Shown: piece after piece, positions 35,640 through 49,075 of the stretch
Layout of the letters: the number at the start of each line of letters is the position of its first letter
Position numbering within the stretch: position 1 is the stretch's first letter
From: Mobula hypostoma
Lineage: Eukaryota
Assembly (NCBI RefSeq): GCF_963921235.1
Contig: NC_086098.1
Coordinates: 3,534,001-3,598,000 of the forward strand
DNA length: 64,000 nucleotides
Reading direction: 5' to 3'
The notes under the pieces: model-generated
What the model was told of the DNA's origin: nothing
Databases searched by the model: none
The model's input: the letters and a program-made list of their open reading frames with translations, nothing else
Program-made: the position numbers and the translations under genes

Positions 35640-36310
35640 AGGTGCAGAAAGTGAATGCAATGTTGAGATTCATTCTTAGAAGTATAGAATATAAGAGCAG
35701 GGATGTTATGTTGAGGCTCTATAAGGCACTCATGAGACCACACTTGGGAGTATTGTGTGCAGTTTTGGGCTCCTTATTTTCGAAAGGGTACACTGACATT
35801 GGAGGGGATTCAGAGAAGGTTCACAAGAATGAATCCAGGAATGAAAGGGTTACCGTATGAGGAACGTCTGGCAGCTCTTGGGCTGTATTCCATGGGTTTC
35901 AGGAGAATAAGGGGGGATCTCATTGAAACATTCCGAATGTTAAAAGGACTGACACATTAGATATGGCAAGGTTATTTACCATGGTAGGGGAGTCTAGGAC
36001 AAGAAGGCATGACTTCAGGATTGAAGGATGTCCATTCAGAACAGAGATGCGGAGAAATTACTTTAGTGAGAGAGTGGTAAATCTATGGAATTTGTTGCTA
36101 TGAGCGACTGTGGAGGCCAAGTCATTGGGTGTATTTAAGGCAGAGATAGATAGATCCTTGATTAGCCAGGGCATCAAAAGGTATGGCGAGAAAGCTGGGG
36201 AGTGGGGATGACTGAAAGAATTGGATCAGACCATGATGGAATGGGGAAGCAGACTTGATGGGCCGAATGGCCTACTTCTGCTCCTATATCTTATGGTCTT
36301 ATGGTCTTAA
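35640..36310 (+). mobile_element. CR1 LINE 3' end
   Basis: LYKALMRPHL, QFWAPY..QRRFTRM; (CTTATGGT)n tail. Confidence 0.9.
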
Positions 36311-36349
36311 TAAGCACTATTGTTCTGGGGGTTAGCTCGGCAGCATCGC

Positions 36350-36930
36350 ACTTTAAGCTTTTCAGCCCATCAAGTCTGTTTCCCCATTCCATCATGGCTG
36401 ATTTATTACCCCTCTCAACCCCATTCTTCTGCCTTCTCTCCATAACTTTTGACACCCTGACTAATATCAAGAGCCTATCGACCTCTGCTTTAAATATACT
36501 CTGTGACATGGCCTCCACTGCCATCTGTGACAATAAATTCCACCATTTCACCACCCTCTGTCCCCTCCGGCCCTAGGAAGCATTCTCTCTACATCTACTC
36601 TATCAAGGCCTTTCAAAATATGATCGGTTTCAATGAGATTCTGCACCCCACCCCACCCCCCGCCATTCCTCTGCATTCCCAGAGCCAAAAAACACTCCTC
36701 ATATGTTAACCCTTTCATCCCCAGAATCAAGTTCGAATCCTTGTAAGTGATACTTGCACAGTTGCTGAATGAGAATATTGGCCTCAATGAGATAGTTTTA
36801 CCATCAATAACAGAGAGACACAGGAGGGGTACGGAGGGCTCTGGTCAGGTGCAGGTCGATGAATAGACAGGTTATAGTTTGATACAGAGTAGATGGGACT
36901 GAGGACCCTTCTGTGCTGTAGTTTTCTATG
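36350..36930. mobile_element. CR1 3' fragments (36350-36740 -, 36820-36930 +)
   Basis: KWWNLLSQMAVEAMS..FKAEVDR; LKGLDRVDVERM. Confidence 0.7.
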
Positions 36931-37714
36931 GCGGCATCATTCTAATCGTACATCAGCAATGGTTAACAGCTCTGGAGAAAGAAGAAATTGGGAATGTAAC
37001 ATGTTGCCATCGTTAAAAAAGGAACTCTCTGGAAAAATGTATAAAATCCAGGAAAGGAAACAATCATGAAACCTTTCTCTTCAGCATTAAACAAGAAATT
37101 GAAAATAAATATGTCATTGAAGAACACAAAATTATTGCAAAAATATTGCACTAAAAAGGGGAGACTGAACTCAAGACTAAAGCAGTTGTCACTGAGGTAC
37201 TAAATGCATCCTGTGAACTGTGTGTTATTGTCAAGTAGCACATAAATTTAAGAGTATAAAGCATGCAAGTATCTTTTAATATGCATCATTTGAATGTATA
37301 CCTGTGGAAGTTGTCATGGTAACAATCATGGTGACATCATAAGATTTTCTCTAACATTGCTTAATAAAATATAATCCAAAGAAACTACTGACTCTAAACG
37401 ACACAGAAAGTAATGTATTAGTTTAGCAAAACAGACAGATTGCAATGGTGTTGTCACAAGGAAGTCAGCTTGGTTCAGGAACAGCCGCTAGCTGTTTAAT
37501 GATGTCATTCAGAATGTGGTCAACAAACAGCCAAGCACAAACTGAGTGGAAGGCTGGAATGGATGAGCGATATAATAAGTGATCAGATTAAGTGGTTTCC
37601 CGCTGCACATGACAAATCAAAAGTTTGTGCCTCGTGGGATTTTTAAAGAAATAATTAAATGTTATTTCTATTGTTTTGCATTAGAGAGCATTGAACCAGC
37701 TGCATCACCGTGTT

Positions 37715-38090
37715 CAAAAGTTCAAAGTAACTTTATTATCAAAGTACATATGTGCCTGAAATTCATTTTCGTGTGGGCATTCACAGTACGTAGTAAGAAA
37801 CGCAATATAATCAGTGAAAGAGCACCCCCAACAGAGCGGACACACAACCGATGCACAAAAGACTGTGCAAAACTGTGCAAGTACAAAACAAAATAAAACA
37901 ATAATAATAAATAAATAAACAACAAATATCGAGAACGTGGGATGAAGAGTCTTTGAAAGTGAATCCACTGGTTGTGCAAACAGCAACTGTGGGAAGCTCC
38001 TGGACCTTCAGCTTCCTCCTCCTGAGGTCAATAATCAGCTCCTTGGTCCAGCTGACTTTGAGTGAGAGGATGTAGTGACACTACTCAGTC
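37715..38090 (-). mobile_element. Rex1/Babar tail and RT remnant
   Basis: AAAGTTCAAAGTAACTTTATTATCAAAGTAC tail; ELIIDLRR-like remnant. Confidence 0.7.
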
Positions 38091-38194
38091 AGATATAGAC
38101 CGTATCGTTTTCACAGGATTGAAATATCTAATACCAGAGGGCATGCATTTAAGCTGAGAGGTGGTAACTTCAAAGGAGATGTGAGGGGCAAGTT

Positions 38195-41100
38195 CTGAGG
38201 GATTGAGTCCTCAGCATTCTGAAGTGAGATGGTGAACAGCCAGAAGTCGTGGTCCATGTAGGTAGGATGAGTGATGTGGTTCCGCATAGGGAGTTCAGGA
38301 AGTTAGGTGCTAAGTTAAAGGGCAGGACCTCCAGGGTTGTGATTTCAGGATTGCTACCCGTTCCACGTGCTGGTGAGGCCAGAACTAGGAAGATTATACA
38401 GTTTAATATGTGGGTAAGGAGATGGTGCAGGAGGGAGGGCATAAGCTTTTTGGATCATTGGTCTCTCTTCCAGGGAAGGTGGGACATGTACAGAAGGAAC
38501 GTTTATACCTGAACTGGAGGGGACTAAAATCCTAGCGGGAAGGGTTGTTAATACTGCACGGTGGGGTTTAAACTAGAGTTGCAGGGGGTTGGGAACCAGG
38601 GTACCAGAACAGTTGGGGAAGAGGTTGTGAAGGCAGATGTTGGTAAGACCTCAGATAAAGTCAGGAATCAAAAGGTTGAGTATGGTGCGACTAGTGTCCT
38701 GACCTGCATATACTTAAATAGAAGAAGTATCGTGGGAAAAGCAGATAATAGTGCTGAAGATGAGGTAGCTGGTTTACAAACAGAGGCAATGTGTAGTGAG
38801 GAGAGGCTGTTGATAGGGCAAAATTGCAGTCAATAACATGAGATGCAATGTAAAAGGCAAACAAAATCAAAAAGGGTGAATACAGGACTAAAGGTGCACA
38901 GTATAGAAACACAGAAACAGAAAACCTACAGCACAATACAGGCCCTTCGGCCCACAAACTTCTGCCGACCTTAGAAATTACTAGGCTTACCCATAGCCCT
39001 CTATTTTTCTAGCTCCATGTACCTATCCAAAAGTCTCTTAAAAGAGCCTATTGTATCCGCCTCCACCACCATTGCCAGCAGCCCATTCGACGCACTCACC
39101 ACTCTGTGCATAAAAAAATTACCCCTGACATCTCCTCTGTACCTACTCCCCAGCAACTTAAACATGTGTCCTCTTGTGACAACTATTTCAGCCCTGGGAA
39201 GAAGCCTCTGACTATCCACACGATCAATGCCTCTCATCATCTTATACTCCTCTATCAGGTCACCTCTTATCATCCATCGCTCCAAGGAGAAAAGGCCGAG
39301 TTCACTCAACCTATTCTCATAAGGCATGCTCCCCAATCCAGACAACATCCGTGTAAATCTCCTCTACACCCTTTCTGTGGTTTCCACATCCTTCCTGTAG
39401 TGAGGTGTCCAGAACTGAGCACAGTGCTCCAAGTGGGTCTGACCAGGGTCCTATATAGCTGCAACATTACCTCTCAGGTCCTAAACTCAATCCCATGATT
39501 GATGAAGGCCAATACACCGTATGCCTTCTTAACCACAGAGTCAACCTGCGCAGCTGCTTTGAGCGTCCTATGGACTCAGACCCCAAGATCCCTCTGATCC
39601 TCCACATTGCCAAGAGTCTTACCATTAATACTATATTCTGCCATCATATTTGACCTACTAAAATGAACCACTTCACGCTTATCTGGGTTGAACTCCATCT
39701 GCCACTTCTCAGCCCAGTTTTCCATCCTATCAATGTCCCGCTGTAATGTCTGACAGCCCTTCACACTATCCACAACACCTCCAACCTTTGTGTCATCAGC
39801 AAACATGCAAACCCATCCCTCCACTTCCTCATTCTGGTCATTTATAAAAATCACGAAGAGTAAGGGTCCCAGAACAGAACAGATCCCTGAGGCACACCAC
39901 TGGTCACAGATCTCCATGCAGAATATGACCCGTCTACAACCACTCTTTGCCTTCTGTGGGCAAGCCAGTTCTGGATTCACAATGCAATGTCCCCTTGGAT
40001 CCCATGCCTCCTTACTTTCTCAATAAGCCTTGCATGGGGTACCACATCCTTCATCAACGTGTTTAGTCACATCCTCAAAAAATTTAGTCGGGCTCGTAAG
40101 GCACGACCTGTCCTTAACAAAGCCATGCTTACTATTCCTAATCATATTATGCCTCTCCAGATGTTCATAAATCCTGCCTCTCAGGATCTTCTCCATCAGC
40201 TTACCAACCACTGAAGTAAGATTCACTGGTCTATAATTTCCTGGGCTATCTCTACTCCCTTTCTTGAATATAGGAACTACATCTGCAACTCTCCAATCCT
40301 CTGCAACCTCTCCCATCCCCATTGATGATGCAAAGATCATTGCCAGAGGCTCAGCAATCTCTTCCCTCGCTTCCCACAGTAGACGAGGGTACATTTCATC
40401 CTATCCCGGCGACTTTTCCAACTTGATGCTTTCCAAAAGCTCCAGCACATCCTCTTTCTTAATATCTACATGCTCAAGCTTTTCAGTCCGCTGTAAGTCA
40501 TCACGACAATCACCAAGATCCTTTTCCATAGTGAATACTGAAGTATTCATTAAGTACCTCTGCTATTTCCTACGGTTCCATACAGACTTTCCCACTGTCA
40601 CACTTGATAGGTCCTATTCTTTCACGTCTTACCCTCTTGCTCTTCACATACTTGTAGAATGCCTTGGGGTTTTCCTTAATCCTGCCCGCCAAAGCCTTCT
40701 CATGGCCGCTTCTGGCTCTCCTAATTTCCTTTTTAAGCTCCTTCCTGTTAGCCTTACAATCTTCTAGATCTCTAACATTACCTAGATCTCTGAACCTTTT
40801 GTAAGCTTTTCTTTTCTTCTTGACTAGATTTATTACACCCTTTGTATACCACGGTTCCTATACCCTACCATAATTCATAATTCCCCTTACACTTTTCTAA
40901 CCTGTCTGTTCCTATCCCTCTCCAATGCTATCGTAAAGGAGATAGAATTGTGATCACTAAATTCAAAATGCTCTTCCACTGAGAGATCTGACACCTGACC
41001 AGGTTCATTTCCCAATACCAGATCATGTACAGTCTCTCCTCTTGTAGGCTTATCTACATATTGTGTCAAGAAATCTTCCTGAACACACCTAACAAACTTC

Positions 41101-44100
41101 ACCCCATCTATACCCCTTGCTCTAGGGAGATGCCAATCGATATTTGGAAATTAAAATCTCCCATCATGTCAACCCTGTTATTATTACACCTTTCCAGGAT
41201 CTGTTTCCCTATCTGCTCCTCGATGTCCCTGTTACTATTGGGCAGCCTATAAAAAACACCCAGTAGAGTTATTGACCCCTTCCTGTTCCTAGCTCCCACC
41301 CACAGAGACTCCATAGACAATCCCTCCATGACGTCCACCTTTTCTGCAGCCATGACCCTATCTCTGATCAACAGTGCCACGCCCCCACCTCTTTTGCCTC
41401 CCTCCCTGTCCTTTCTGAAACATCTAAAACCCGGCACTTGAAGTAACCATTCCTGCCCCTGAGCCATCCAAGTCTCTGTAATGGCCACAACATCATAGCT
41501 CCAAGTACTGATCCACACTCTAAACTCATCCACTTTGTTAACAATACTCCTTGCGTTAAAATAGACACATCTCAAACCGTCCGTCTGAGCACATCCCTTC
41601 TCTATCAACTGCCTATCTTCCCTCACACACTGTCTTCAAGTTTTCTCTATTTGTGAGCCAACCTCCCTTTCCTCCGTCTCTTCAGTTTGGTTCCCACCCC
41701 CCAGCAATTCTAGTTTAAACTCTCCCCAATAGCCTTAGCAAACCTCCCCACCAGGATATTGGTCCCCCTGGGATCCAAGTGCAACCTGTCCTTTTTGTAC
41801 AGGTCACTCCTGCCCCAAAAGAGGTCCCAATGATCCAGAAATCTGAATCCCTGCCCCCTGCTCCAATCCCTCAGCCACGTATTTATCCTCCACCTCACTC
41901 TATTCCCATACTCACTGTCGTGTGGCACAGACAGTAATCCCGAGATTACTACCTTTGTGGTCCTGCTTCTCAACTTCCTTCCTAACTCCCTGTAGTCTGT
42001 TTTCAGGACCTCTTCCCTTTTCCTACCTATGTCATTGGTACCAATATGTACCATGACCTCTGGCTGTTCTCCCTCCCACTGCAGGATATCTTGGACGCGA
42101 TCTGAAACATCCCGGACCCTGGCACCTGGGAGGCAAACTACCATCCAAGTTTCTTTCCTGCGTCCACAGAATCACCTGTCTGACCCCCTAACTATAGAGT
42201 CCCCTATCACTACTGCCGCCTTCTTCCTTTCCCTACCCTTCTGAGCCACAGGGCCGGACTCCGTGCCAGAAGCACGGCCACTGTTGCTTCCCCCAGGCAG
42301 GCTGTACTCCCCAACAGTACTCAAGCAGGAGTACTTATTGTCAAGGGATACAGTCACAGCAGTACTCTCCAGTACCTGACTCTTCCCCTTCCCTCTCCTA
42401 TATGGAATAAGGTAGATGAACTTGCAGCACAGTTGCAGATTGACAGGCATGATGTTATAGGCATCACTGAATCATGGCTGAAAGATTATGGCTGGAAGCT
42501 TAATGTCCAAGGATACACATTGTATCAAAAGGACAAGCAGGAAGGCAGAGGGGATGGTATTGCTCTGTTGGTTTAAAAAATGAAATCAAATCAGAAAGAG
42601 GTGACATTGGGTAGGAAGGTGTTGACTCATTGTGGATAGGGCTAAGGAACTGCAAGGGTAAAAAGACCCTGATAGGAATTATATACAGATCCCCGAACAG
42701 TAGTAAGGATGTGGTCCGCAAATTACAATGAAAGATAGAAAATCCATGCCAAAAGGGCAATTTTACTATAGTCATGGGGGATTTCAATATGCAGGTAGAT
42801 TGGGAAAATCAGGTTGGTGCTGGATTCCAGGAGGGGAATTTCTGGAGTTTTTTTTAGAGCTGCTTGTGGTTGAGCCCACTAGGGGATCAGCTATTCTGAA
42901 TTGGGTGTTGTGCAATGAACGAGAATTGATTAGAGAGCTTAAGGTAAAATAATCCTTAAGAGCAAGTGATCATAATACGATCGAATTCACCCCGAAATTT
43001 GAGAAGGAGAAGCTAAATTCAGATGTATCAGTATTGCAGTGGAGTAAAGGAAATTACAGAGGCTTGAGAGAGGAGCTGGCCTGTATTCATTGGTAAAGAA
43101 CACTGGCAGGGATGACGGCAGAGCAGCAATGGCTGCAATTTCTAGACACAATTCGGAAGACACAGGATATATATATTCCAAAGAGGAAGAAGTGTAAAAG
43201 ATATGAAAGAGGATATCATACCACTGGAAAACAATGCTGGAAAGGTAGTAATGGGGGACAACAAAATAGCAGATGAAATGAATAAGTATTTTACATCAGT
43301 CTTCACTGTGGAAGACACCAGCAGTATGGTGGAAGATGCAGGTATCAAGGGCATGAAATGTGCGAAGTTACTATAACTAGAGAGAAGTTTCTTGGGAAAC
43401 TGAAAGGTCTGAAGGTAAATAAGTCGCCTGGACCAGATGGTGTATAGCCCAGGGTTCTGAAAGAGGTGGCTGAGGAGATTATGGAGGCATTAATAATGAT
43501 CTTGCAAGAATCACTATATTCTGGAATGGCTCCGGAAGACTAGAAAATTGCAAATGTCAATCCACTCTTCAAGAAGTGAGAGAGGCAAAAGAAAGGAAAC
43601 TATCGGCCAGCTAGTCTGACCTCAGTGGTTGAGAAGGTGTTGGAGTCGATTATTAAGGATGAGGTCTCAGGGTACATAAAGGCTCATGATAAAATAGGCC
43701 ATAATCAGTATGGTCTCCTCAAGGGAAAATCTTGCCTGATAAATCTGTTGGAACTCTTTGAAAAGCAGGAGAATTGGATGATGTTGTGTACTTGGATTTT
43801 CAGAAGGCCTTTGACAAGTGTCACACATGAGGCTGCTTAACAAGCTAGGCTCCATGCTATTACAGGAAAGATTCTAGCATGGATAAAGCAGTGGCTGATT
43901 GGCAGGAGGCAAAGAGTGGAAATAAAGGAAGCCTTTTTCTGGTTGGCTGCCGGTCACTAGTAGTTTTTCACAGGGGTCTGTGTTGGGACCGATTCTTTTT
44001 ACATCATGTGTTAATGATTTGGATGGCGGAATTGATGGCTTTGTCACAAAGTTTGCAGATGATATGAAGACAGGTGTAGGAGCAAGTAGTCTTGAGGAAG

Positions 44101-44980
44101 TAGAGAGGCTACAAAAGGGCAGGCAGATTAGGAGGATGGGCAAAGAAGTGGCAGGTGGAATATAGTGTTGGGAAGTGTATGGTCATGCACTTTGGTAGAA
44201 GAAATTAAAGGGTTGACTAATTTCTAAATGGAGAGAAAAATACAAAAACCTGAGATGCAAAAGAACTTAGGAGCCCTTGGGCAGGATCCCTAAAGGTTAA
44301 TTTGTAGATTGAGTCTGTGGTGAGGCAGGCAAATGCAATGTTAGCATTCATTTCAAGCGGACTAGGATATAAAAGCATGGATGTAATGCTGAGACTTGAT
44401 AAAACACTGGTGAGGCCTCACTTGGAGTATTGTGAGCTGTTTTGGGCCCCTTATCTTTGAAAGGTTGTGCTGAAACTGGAGAGAGTTCAAAGGAGATCCA
44501 CAAAAATTATTCCAGGATTGAATGGCTTGTCATATGAGGAGTGTTTGATGGCTCTTGGCCTGTATTCACGAGAATTCAGAAGAATGAAGGGTGACCTCAC
44601 TGAAACCTACTGAATAGTGAAAAGTCTTGATAGAGTGGATGTGGAGAGGATGCTTCCTATGGTGGGGGAATCTAAGACTAGCGGACGCAGCCTCAGAATA
44701 GTGGGACGTCCTTTTAGAATAGATTTGAAGAGGATTTTTTTTTAGCCAGAAAGTGGTGAATCTGTGGAATCTTTGGCACAGGCAGCTGTGGAGGCCAAGT
44801 CTCTATGTATATTCAAGACAGATGTTGATCGATTCTTGATTGGTCAGGGCACGAAGGGATACGGAGAGAAGGCAGGAGACTGGGGCTGAGAGGAAAATTG
44901 AATTGGCCATAATGAAATGGCAGAGCAGACTTGATGGGCCAAATGGCCTAATTCTGCTCCTATATCTTATTGTCTTATGA
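38195..44980 (+). mobile_element. Long CR1 LINE (ORF1 esterase part + ORF2 APE-RT), decayed, split by another CR1
   Basis: EVVVHVG..VVISGLLPVP..FLDHW (ORF1); ORF2 resumes at 42403 (NKVDEL..DVIGITESWL); KGKSCLINLLE, KFADDMK; 3' tail at ~44970. Confidence 0.92.
38906..42398 (-). mobile_element. CR1 LINE with SGNH-esterase ORF1 and APE-RT ORF2 (internal deletions)
   Basis: VVIGDSIVRG, VHIGTND, DRLHL; YFNARSI, AITETW, MGDFN; NYRPVNLTSVVGK; FADDTK; TATA TSD at 38902-38905 and 42399-42402. Confidence 0.95.
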
Positions 44981-45711
44981 TCTTTACACAGAACGTGTAG
45001 GGTGCCCAGAATGTGCTGCCTGGGCTGGTGGTCAAGACAGATACAATAGATTTTTAAGAGATGTTTAGGCACATGTGTAAGCAGAAGGGATTAGTTTAGT
45101 TGGCCATTTGGTTACCAATCTAATTGGTTTTTCACTGTATTGTGTGCCAAAAGGCCGGTTCGTGTGCTGTTCTGTGTTCTAGTTACACTTATTGTGCATT
45201 GGATCCAGAGTAACAATCATTTTGTTCTTTTTACACTTGTATATTGAAGAATGACAATAAACAATCTTCAATCCTGAATCTTCCAAGTGGCACCAAGCTA
45301 CCATTCAGCCACAATTATTCATGGCCAGAGACGGTCCCTGATCTGCTTTGTTCCTCCAGCATTTTGTGTCTGATATCCATGCACTAATTACTGTGAGGCT
45401 AATTTCCCAAATCAGTGACCGGGAGTCAGACATTAGAAACACCGTGCTGGTGTAAACAGCAATCCATGTTTGTTAACTGACTTGTTACATTGTCATTGCA
45501 AATGACAAACACTGACACTCTCCAGACACAGACCCCACCCTCCCCGTCGCCAGCCTCGGCATCGAAATATCTTTTGTTTGAGTCTTCACAGATAGACATG
45601 GTATCAGCTTTTAGCCCGTCTTTCACTCTCACCCAGGTGGTGGCTCTGCTTTCTTTTTCAGTTAATAATTGAAATATTCTGAATCTGAAAACAAAATTAG
45701 TTTCCAATGTA

Positions 45712-46136
45712 ACATACATCAAAGTTGCTGGTGAACGCAGCAGGCCAAGCAGCATCTATAGGAAGAGGCGCAGTCGACATTTCAGGCCAAGACCCTTCGT
45801 CAGGACTAACTGAAGGAAGAGTGAGTAAGGGATTTGAAAGTTGGAGGGGGAGATCCAAAATGATAGGAGAAGACAGGAGGGGGAGGGATAGAGCCAAGAG
45901 CTGGACAGGTGATAGGCAAAAGGGGATACAAGAGGATCATGGGACAGGAGGTCCGGGAAGAAAGACAAGGGGGGGGGTGACCCAGAGGATGGGCAAGAGG
46001 TATATTCAGAGGGACAGAAGGAGAAAAAGGAGAGTGAGAGAAAGAATGTGTGCATAAAAATGAGTAACAGATGGGGTACGAGGGGGAGGTGGGGCCTAGC
46101 GGAAGTTAGAGAAGTCAATGTTCATGCCATCAGGTT
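45712..46136 (-). mobile_element. Neptune-type Penelope-like 3' end
   Basis: PDGMNIDFSNF GIY-YIG end, CT-rich UTR, hammerhead motif. Confidence 0.85.
45771..45807 (-). ncRNA. Minimal hammerhead ribozyme motif (best-preserved Neptune-type copy)
   Basis: AGUC-CUGACGA-AGGGUCUUGGCCU-GAAA-UG-UC-GACU; conserved core intact, stem I AGUC/GACU. Confidence 0.7.
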
Positions 46137-46239
46137 CCTTTCCAATGTTCCTTTTTCTGTTCTTTGTAGTTCTTGATCTGATACTTTATAGAAACGGAGC
46201 ACTGTAATGAAGTTAGGCTCACTGCAACGTTGCAGTGCT

Positions 46240-46470
46240 GGTACCATCGCCGCTAGTGTAACGCCATTACAGCACCAGCGGTCCAGATTCGACTCCTGAT
46301 GCTGTCTGTGAGGAGTCTGCACGTTTTCCCCAATGTCCACCCTCTGGTGTCCTCCCACCTTTCAACGAGACGCGGGGTTTGTGGGTTAATTGGTCACACG
46401 GTGGAATTGGTTGGCCTGGGCTCATTCAGACAGAAGGGCCCATTACTGAGTTGTCTCTCTAACTAAAGAA
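46240..46470 (+). mobile_element. V-SINE (decayed)
   Basis: GATTCGACTCC B-box-like, CTGTCTGTGAGGAGTCTG, GGTTAATTGGTCA. Confidence 0.65.
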
Positions 46471-46499
46471 CTAAAATGTGAAGGAATCCATCAATGTAA

Positions 46500-46700
46500 T
46501 GTATAGTAAAGGGTATGTTGTCGGAGGTACTGTCTGATAATCAGTTTCAGATTACTCTGCAGGTAAATATGATTCAATACCATTGATGGATTGGTCTGTT
46601 ATTACACTGTGGAGAACATGCAGCAGTCATCAGATGTCAAAAGTGATTACTTTGAGACAAAGCACCTTGGAACATTCTGTGGCAAGGTGTTATGTAAATT
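46500..46700 (+). mobile_element. Deu-type SINE relic
   Basis: TGTCGGAGGTACTGTC and AAAGCACCTTGGAACATTCTG...TTATGTAAAT. Confidence 0.4.
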
Positions 46701-46924
46701 GACTTGACAATTCCTTTCCCTTCACAGGTACTGCCTGACCTGCTGAGTTCCTCCAGCATTTTGTGTATGTTGCTCAAGATTAGCAGCATCTGCAGAATCT
46801 CATGTGTCTCAAGAAAGTGTGTCAGGGATTCTTTGGAAAATAAGCACTTTTGGAAAATATAGCCAGGTCAAATTAAGTTAATCGCTTGAGGTATGGCTAT
46901 ATATGTCTGAGGGAGAAGAAGGAT

Positions 46925-47150
46925 ATTCCTTCATTATCACCGGAGGCTTAGTCTGTAGCCTGACCGCCAACTCCCCTACATCCCTCTCCCTAAATTTAAC
47001 CAGTATTTTGTGTGTTTTTTATGAGGCTGAGGTGCTAGCTCGATGCTCTGCTCAGCACGGATGGAAAGCGTGCGAGGAGCCAGTCAGATTCGAACCTGGG
47101 AGCACTCGCCTCGAAGGCCGATGCTGATGCAATGACACCAACTGACGGCT
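46925..47150 (-). mobile_element. tRNA-derived SINE
   Basis: Reverse strand has an A-box-like TGGTGTCATTG and B-box GGTTCGAATC. Confidence 0.6.
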
Positions 47151-47159
47151 AAATGTGTA

Positions 47160-47440
47160 TTTGTTTATTTATTTATTGTTTATTGAGATACGGTGTGAAA
47201 TCGACCCTTCCAGCCCTTCGAGCCATGCAACCCATCAACCATCGATTTAATCCAAGCCTAATCAGGGGACAGTTTACACTGACCAATTAACTTACAGCTA
47301 ATATGTCTTTGTACTGTGAAAGGAAACTGCGGCATGTGGTAGAAACCCACGTGGTCACGGGGAGAATGTACAAACTCCTTACAGACAGCCACAGGAACTG
47401 AAACCAGGTCACTGGTACTCTAAAGTGTTGTGTTACCACA
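47160..47440 (-). mobile_element. V-SINE
   Basis: GAAACCCACGTGGTCACGGGGAGAATGTACAAACTCCTTACAGACAG. Confidence 0.8.
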
Positions 47441-47482
47441 CCTTTCTTCTTGGATATTATTCATGCTTTTCCTTTAATATTA

Positions 47483-49075
47483 CAGGTTCAGGAACAGTTC
47501 CCACACCACCGGGTTCTGGAACAGTTCCCACAACACCGGGTTCAGGAACAGTTCCCACACCACCGGGTTCAGGAACAGTTCCCACACCACCAGGTTCAGG
47601 AACAGTTCCCACACCACAGGGTTCAGGAACAGTTCCCACAGCATCAGGTTCAGGAACAGTTCCCACACCACCAGGTTCAGGAACAGTTCCCACACCACAC
47701 AAGGTCCAGGAACAGTTCCCACCCCACAGGGCTCAGGAATAGTTCCCATACCACCTGGGTTCAGGAACAGTTCCCATACCAACCGTGTTCAGGAACAGTT
47801 TCCACACTACCGAGTTCAGGAGCAGTTCCCATACCAACCGGGTTCAGGAACAGTTTCCACACCACCGGGTTCAGGAACAGTTCCCACCCCACTGGGTCCA
47901 GAAACAATTCCCACACCACCGGGTCCAGAAACAGTTCCCACACCACAGGGTTCAGGAACAGTTCCAGCACCACAGGGTTCAAGAACAGTTCCCACACCAA
48001 TCGGGTTCTGGAACAGTTCCCGCACCACATGGTTTAGGAACAGTTCTCACACCACAGGGTTCAAGAACAGTTCCCACACCACAGGGTTCAGGAACAGTTC
48101 CCACCCCACTGGGTCCAGAAACAGTTCACACACCACCGGATTCAGGAACAGTTCCCTCCCCACTGGGTCCAGAAACAATTCCCACACCACCGGGTCCAGA
48201 AACAGTTCCCACACCACAGGGTTCAGGAACAGTTCCCGCGCCACAGGGTTCAAGAACAGTTCCCACACCAACCGGGTTCTGGAACAGTTCCCACACCACA
48301 CGGTTCAGGAACAGTTCTCACGCCACAGGGTTCAAGAACAGTTCCCACACCACACGCAGTTCAGGAACAGTTCTCACGTCACAGGGTTCAAGAACAGTTC
48401 CCACACCACAGGGTTTCTGGAACAGTTCCCGCATCACAGGGTTCAGGAACAGTTCCTACACCACATGGGGTTCTGAAAAAGTTTCCACACCACAAGGTTC
48501 AGGAACAGTTCCCACCCCACTTTGTCCAGAAACAGTTCCCACACCACCGGGTTCAGGAACAGTTCACACACCAACCGGGTTCTGGAACAGTTCCCGCACC
48601 ACACGGTTCAGGAACTAGCATAATTTACATATTACTATTTAACTATTTACTACTATTTTCTATTACTATTCTATTACTATTTATTATTTCTATGACTATT
48701 ACTATTTACTAATAGTAATATTACTATTTACTATTTACTAATAGTAATATTACCATTACTATTTCTATCACTATTTATTATTTATGGTGCAACTGTCACG
48801 AAAACCAATTTCCCCCAGGATCAATAAAGTATGACTATGACTATGACTAACAGTTCTCATGCCACAGGGTTCAGGAACAGTTCCCACAGCATCGGGTTCA
48901 CGAACAGTTCCCACACCACACGGGGTTCAAGAACAGTTCCCACAACACAGGGTTCAAGAACAGTTCCCACAGCATCGGGTTCAGGAACAGTTCCCGCATC
49001 ACAGGGTTCAGGAACAGTTCCCACACCACATGGGGTTCTGGAACAGTTTCCACAGCACCGGGTTCAGGAACAGTT
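47483..49075 (+). repeat. 27-28-bp satellite (~50 units) derived from a Rex1/Babar LINE; interrupted at 48616-48848
   Basis: Unit GGTTCAGGAACAGTTCCCACACCACC(A/G); the last unit runs into ATTATCTGACAACCATC and the Rex1 3' UTR (to ~49240). Confidence 0.95.
48616..48848 (+). mobile_element. LINE 3' tail (Rex/Babar-type) inserted in the satellite
   Basis: AT-rich body, AATTTCCCCCAGGATCAATAAAGT(ATGACT)3; AAC duplicated at the flanks. Confidence 0.7.

Noticed and set aside
47085..47150. tRNA gene
   Set aside because: A/B boxes present but no acceptor stem or cloverleaf; it continues into a SINE body. The same applies to the V-SINE heads
47425..48618. Mucin-like or QEQFPHH repeat proteins (up to 277 aa), preceded by an acceptor-like TTTAATATTACAG
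   Set aside because: Read-through of a Rex1-derived satellite; frames shift at 28-bp units and are open on both strands
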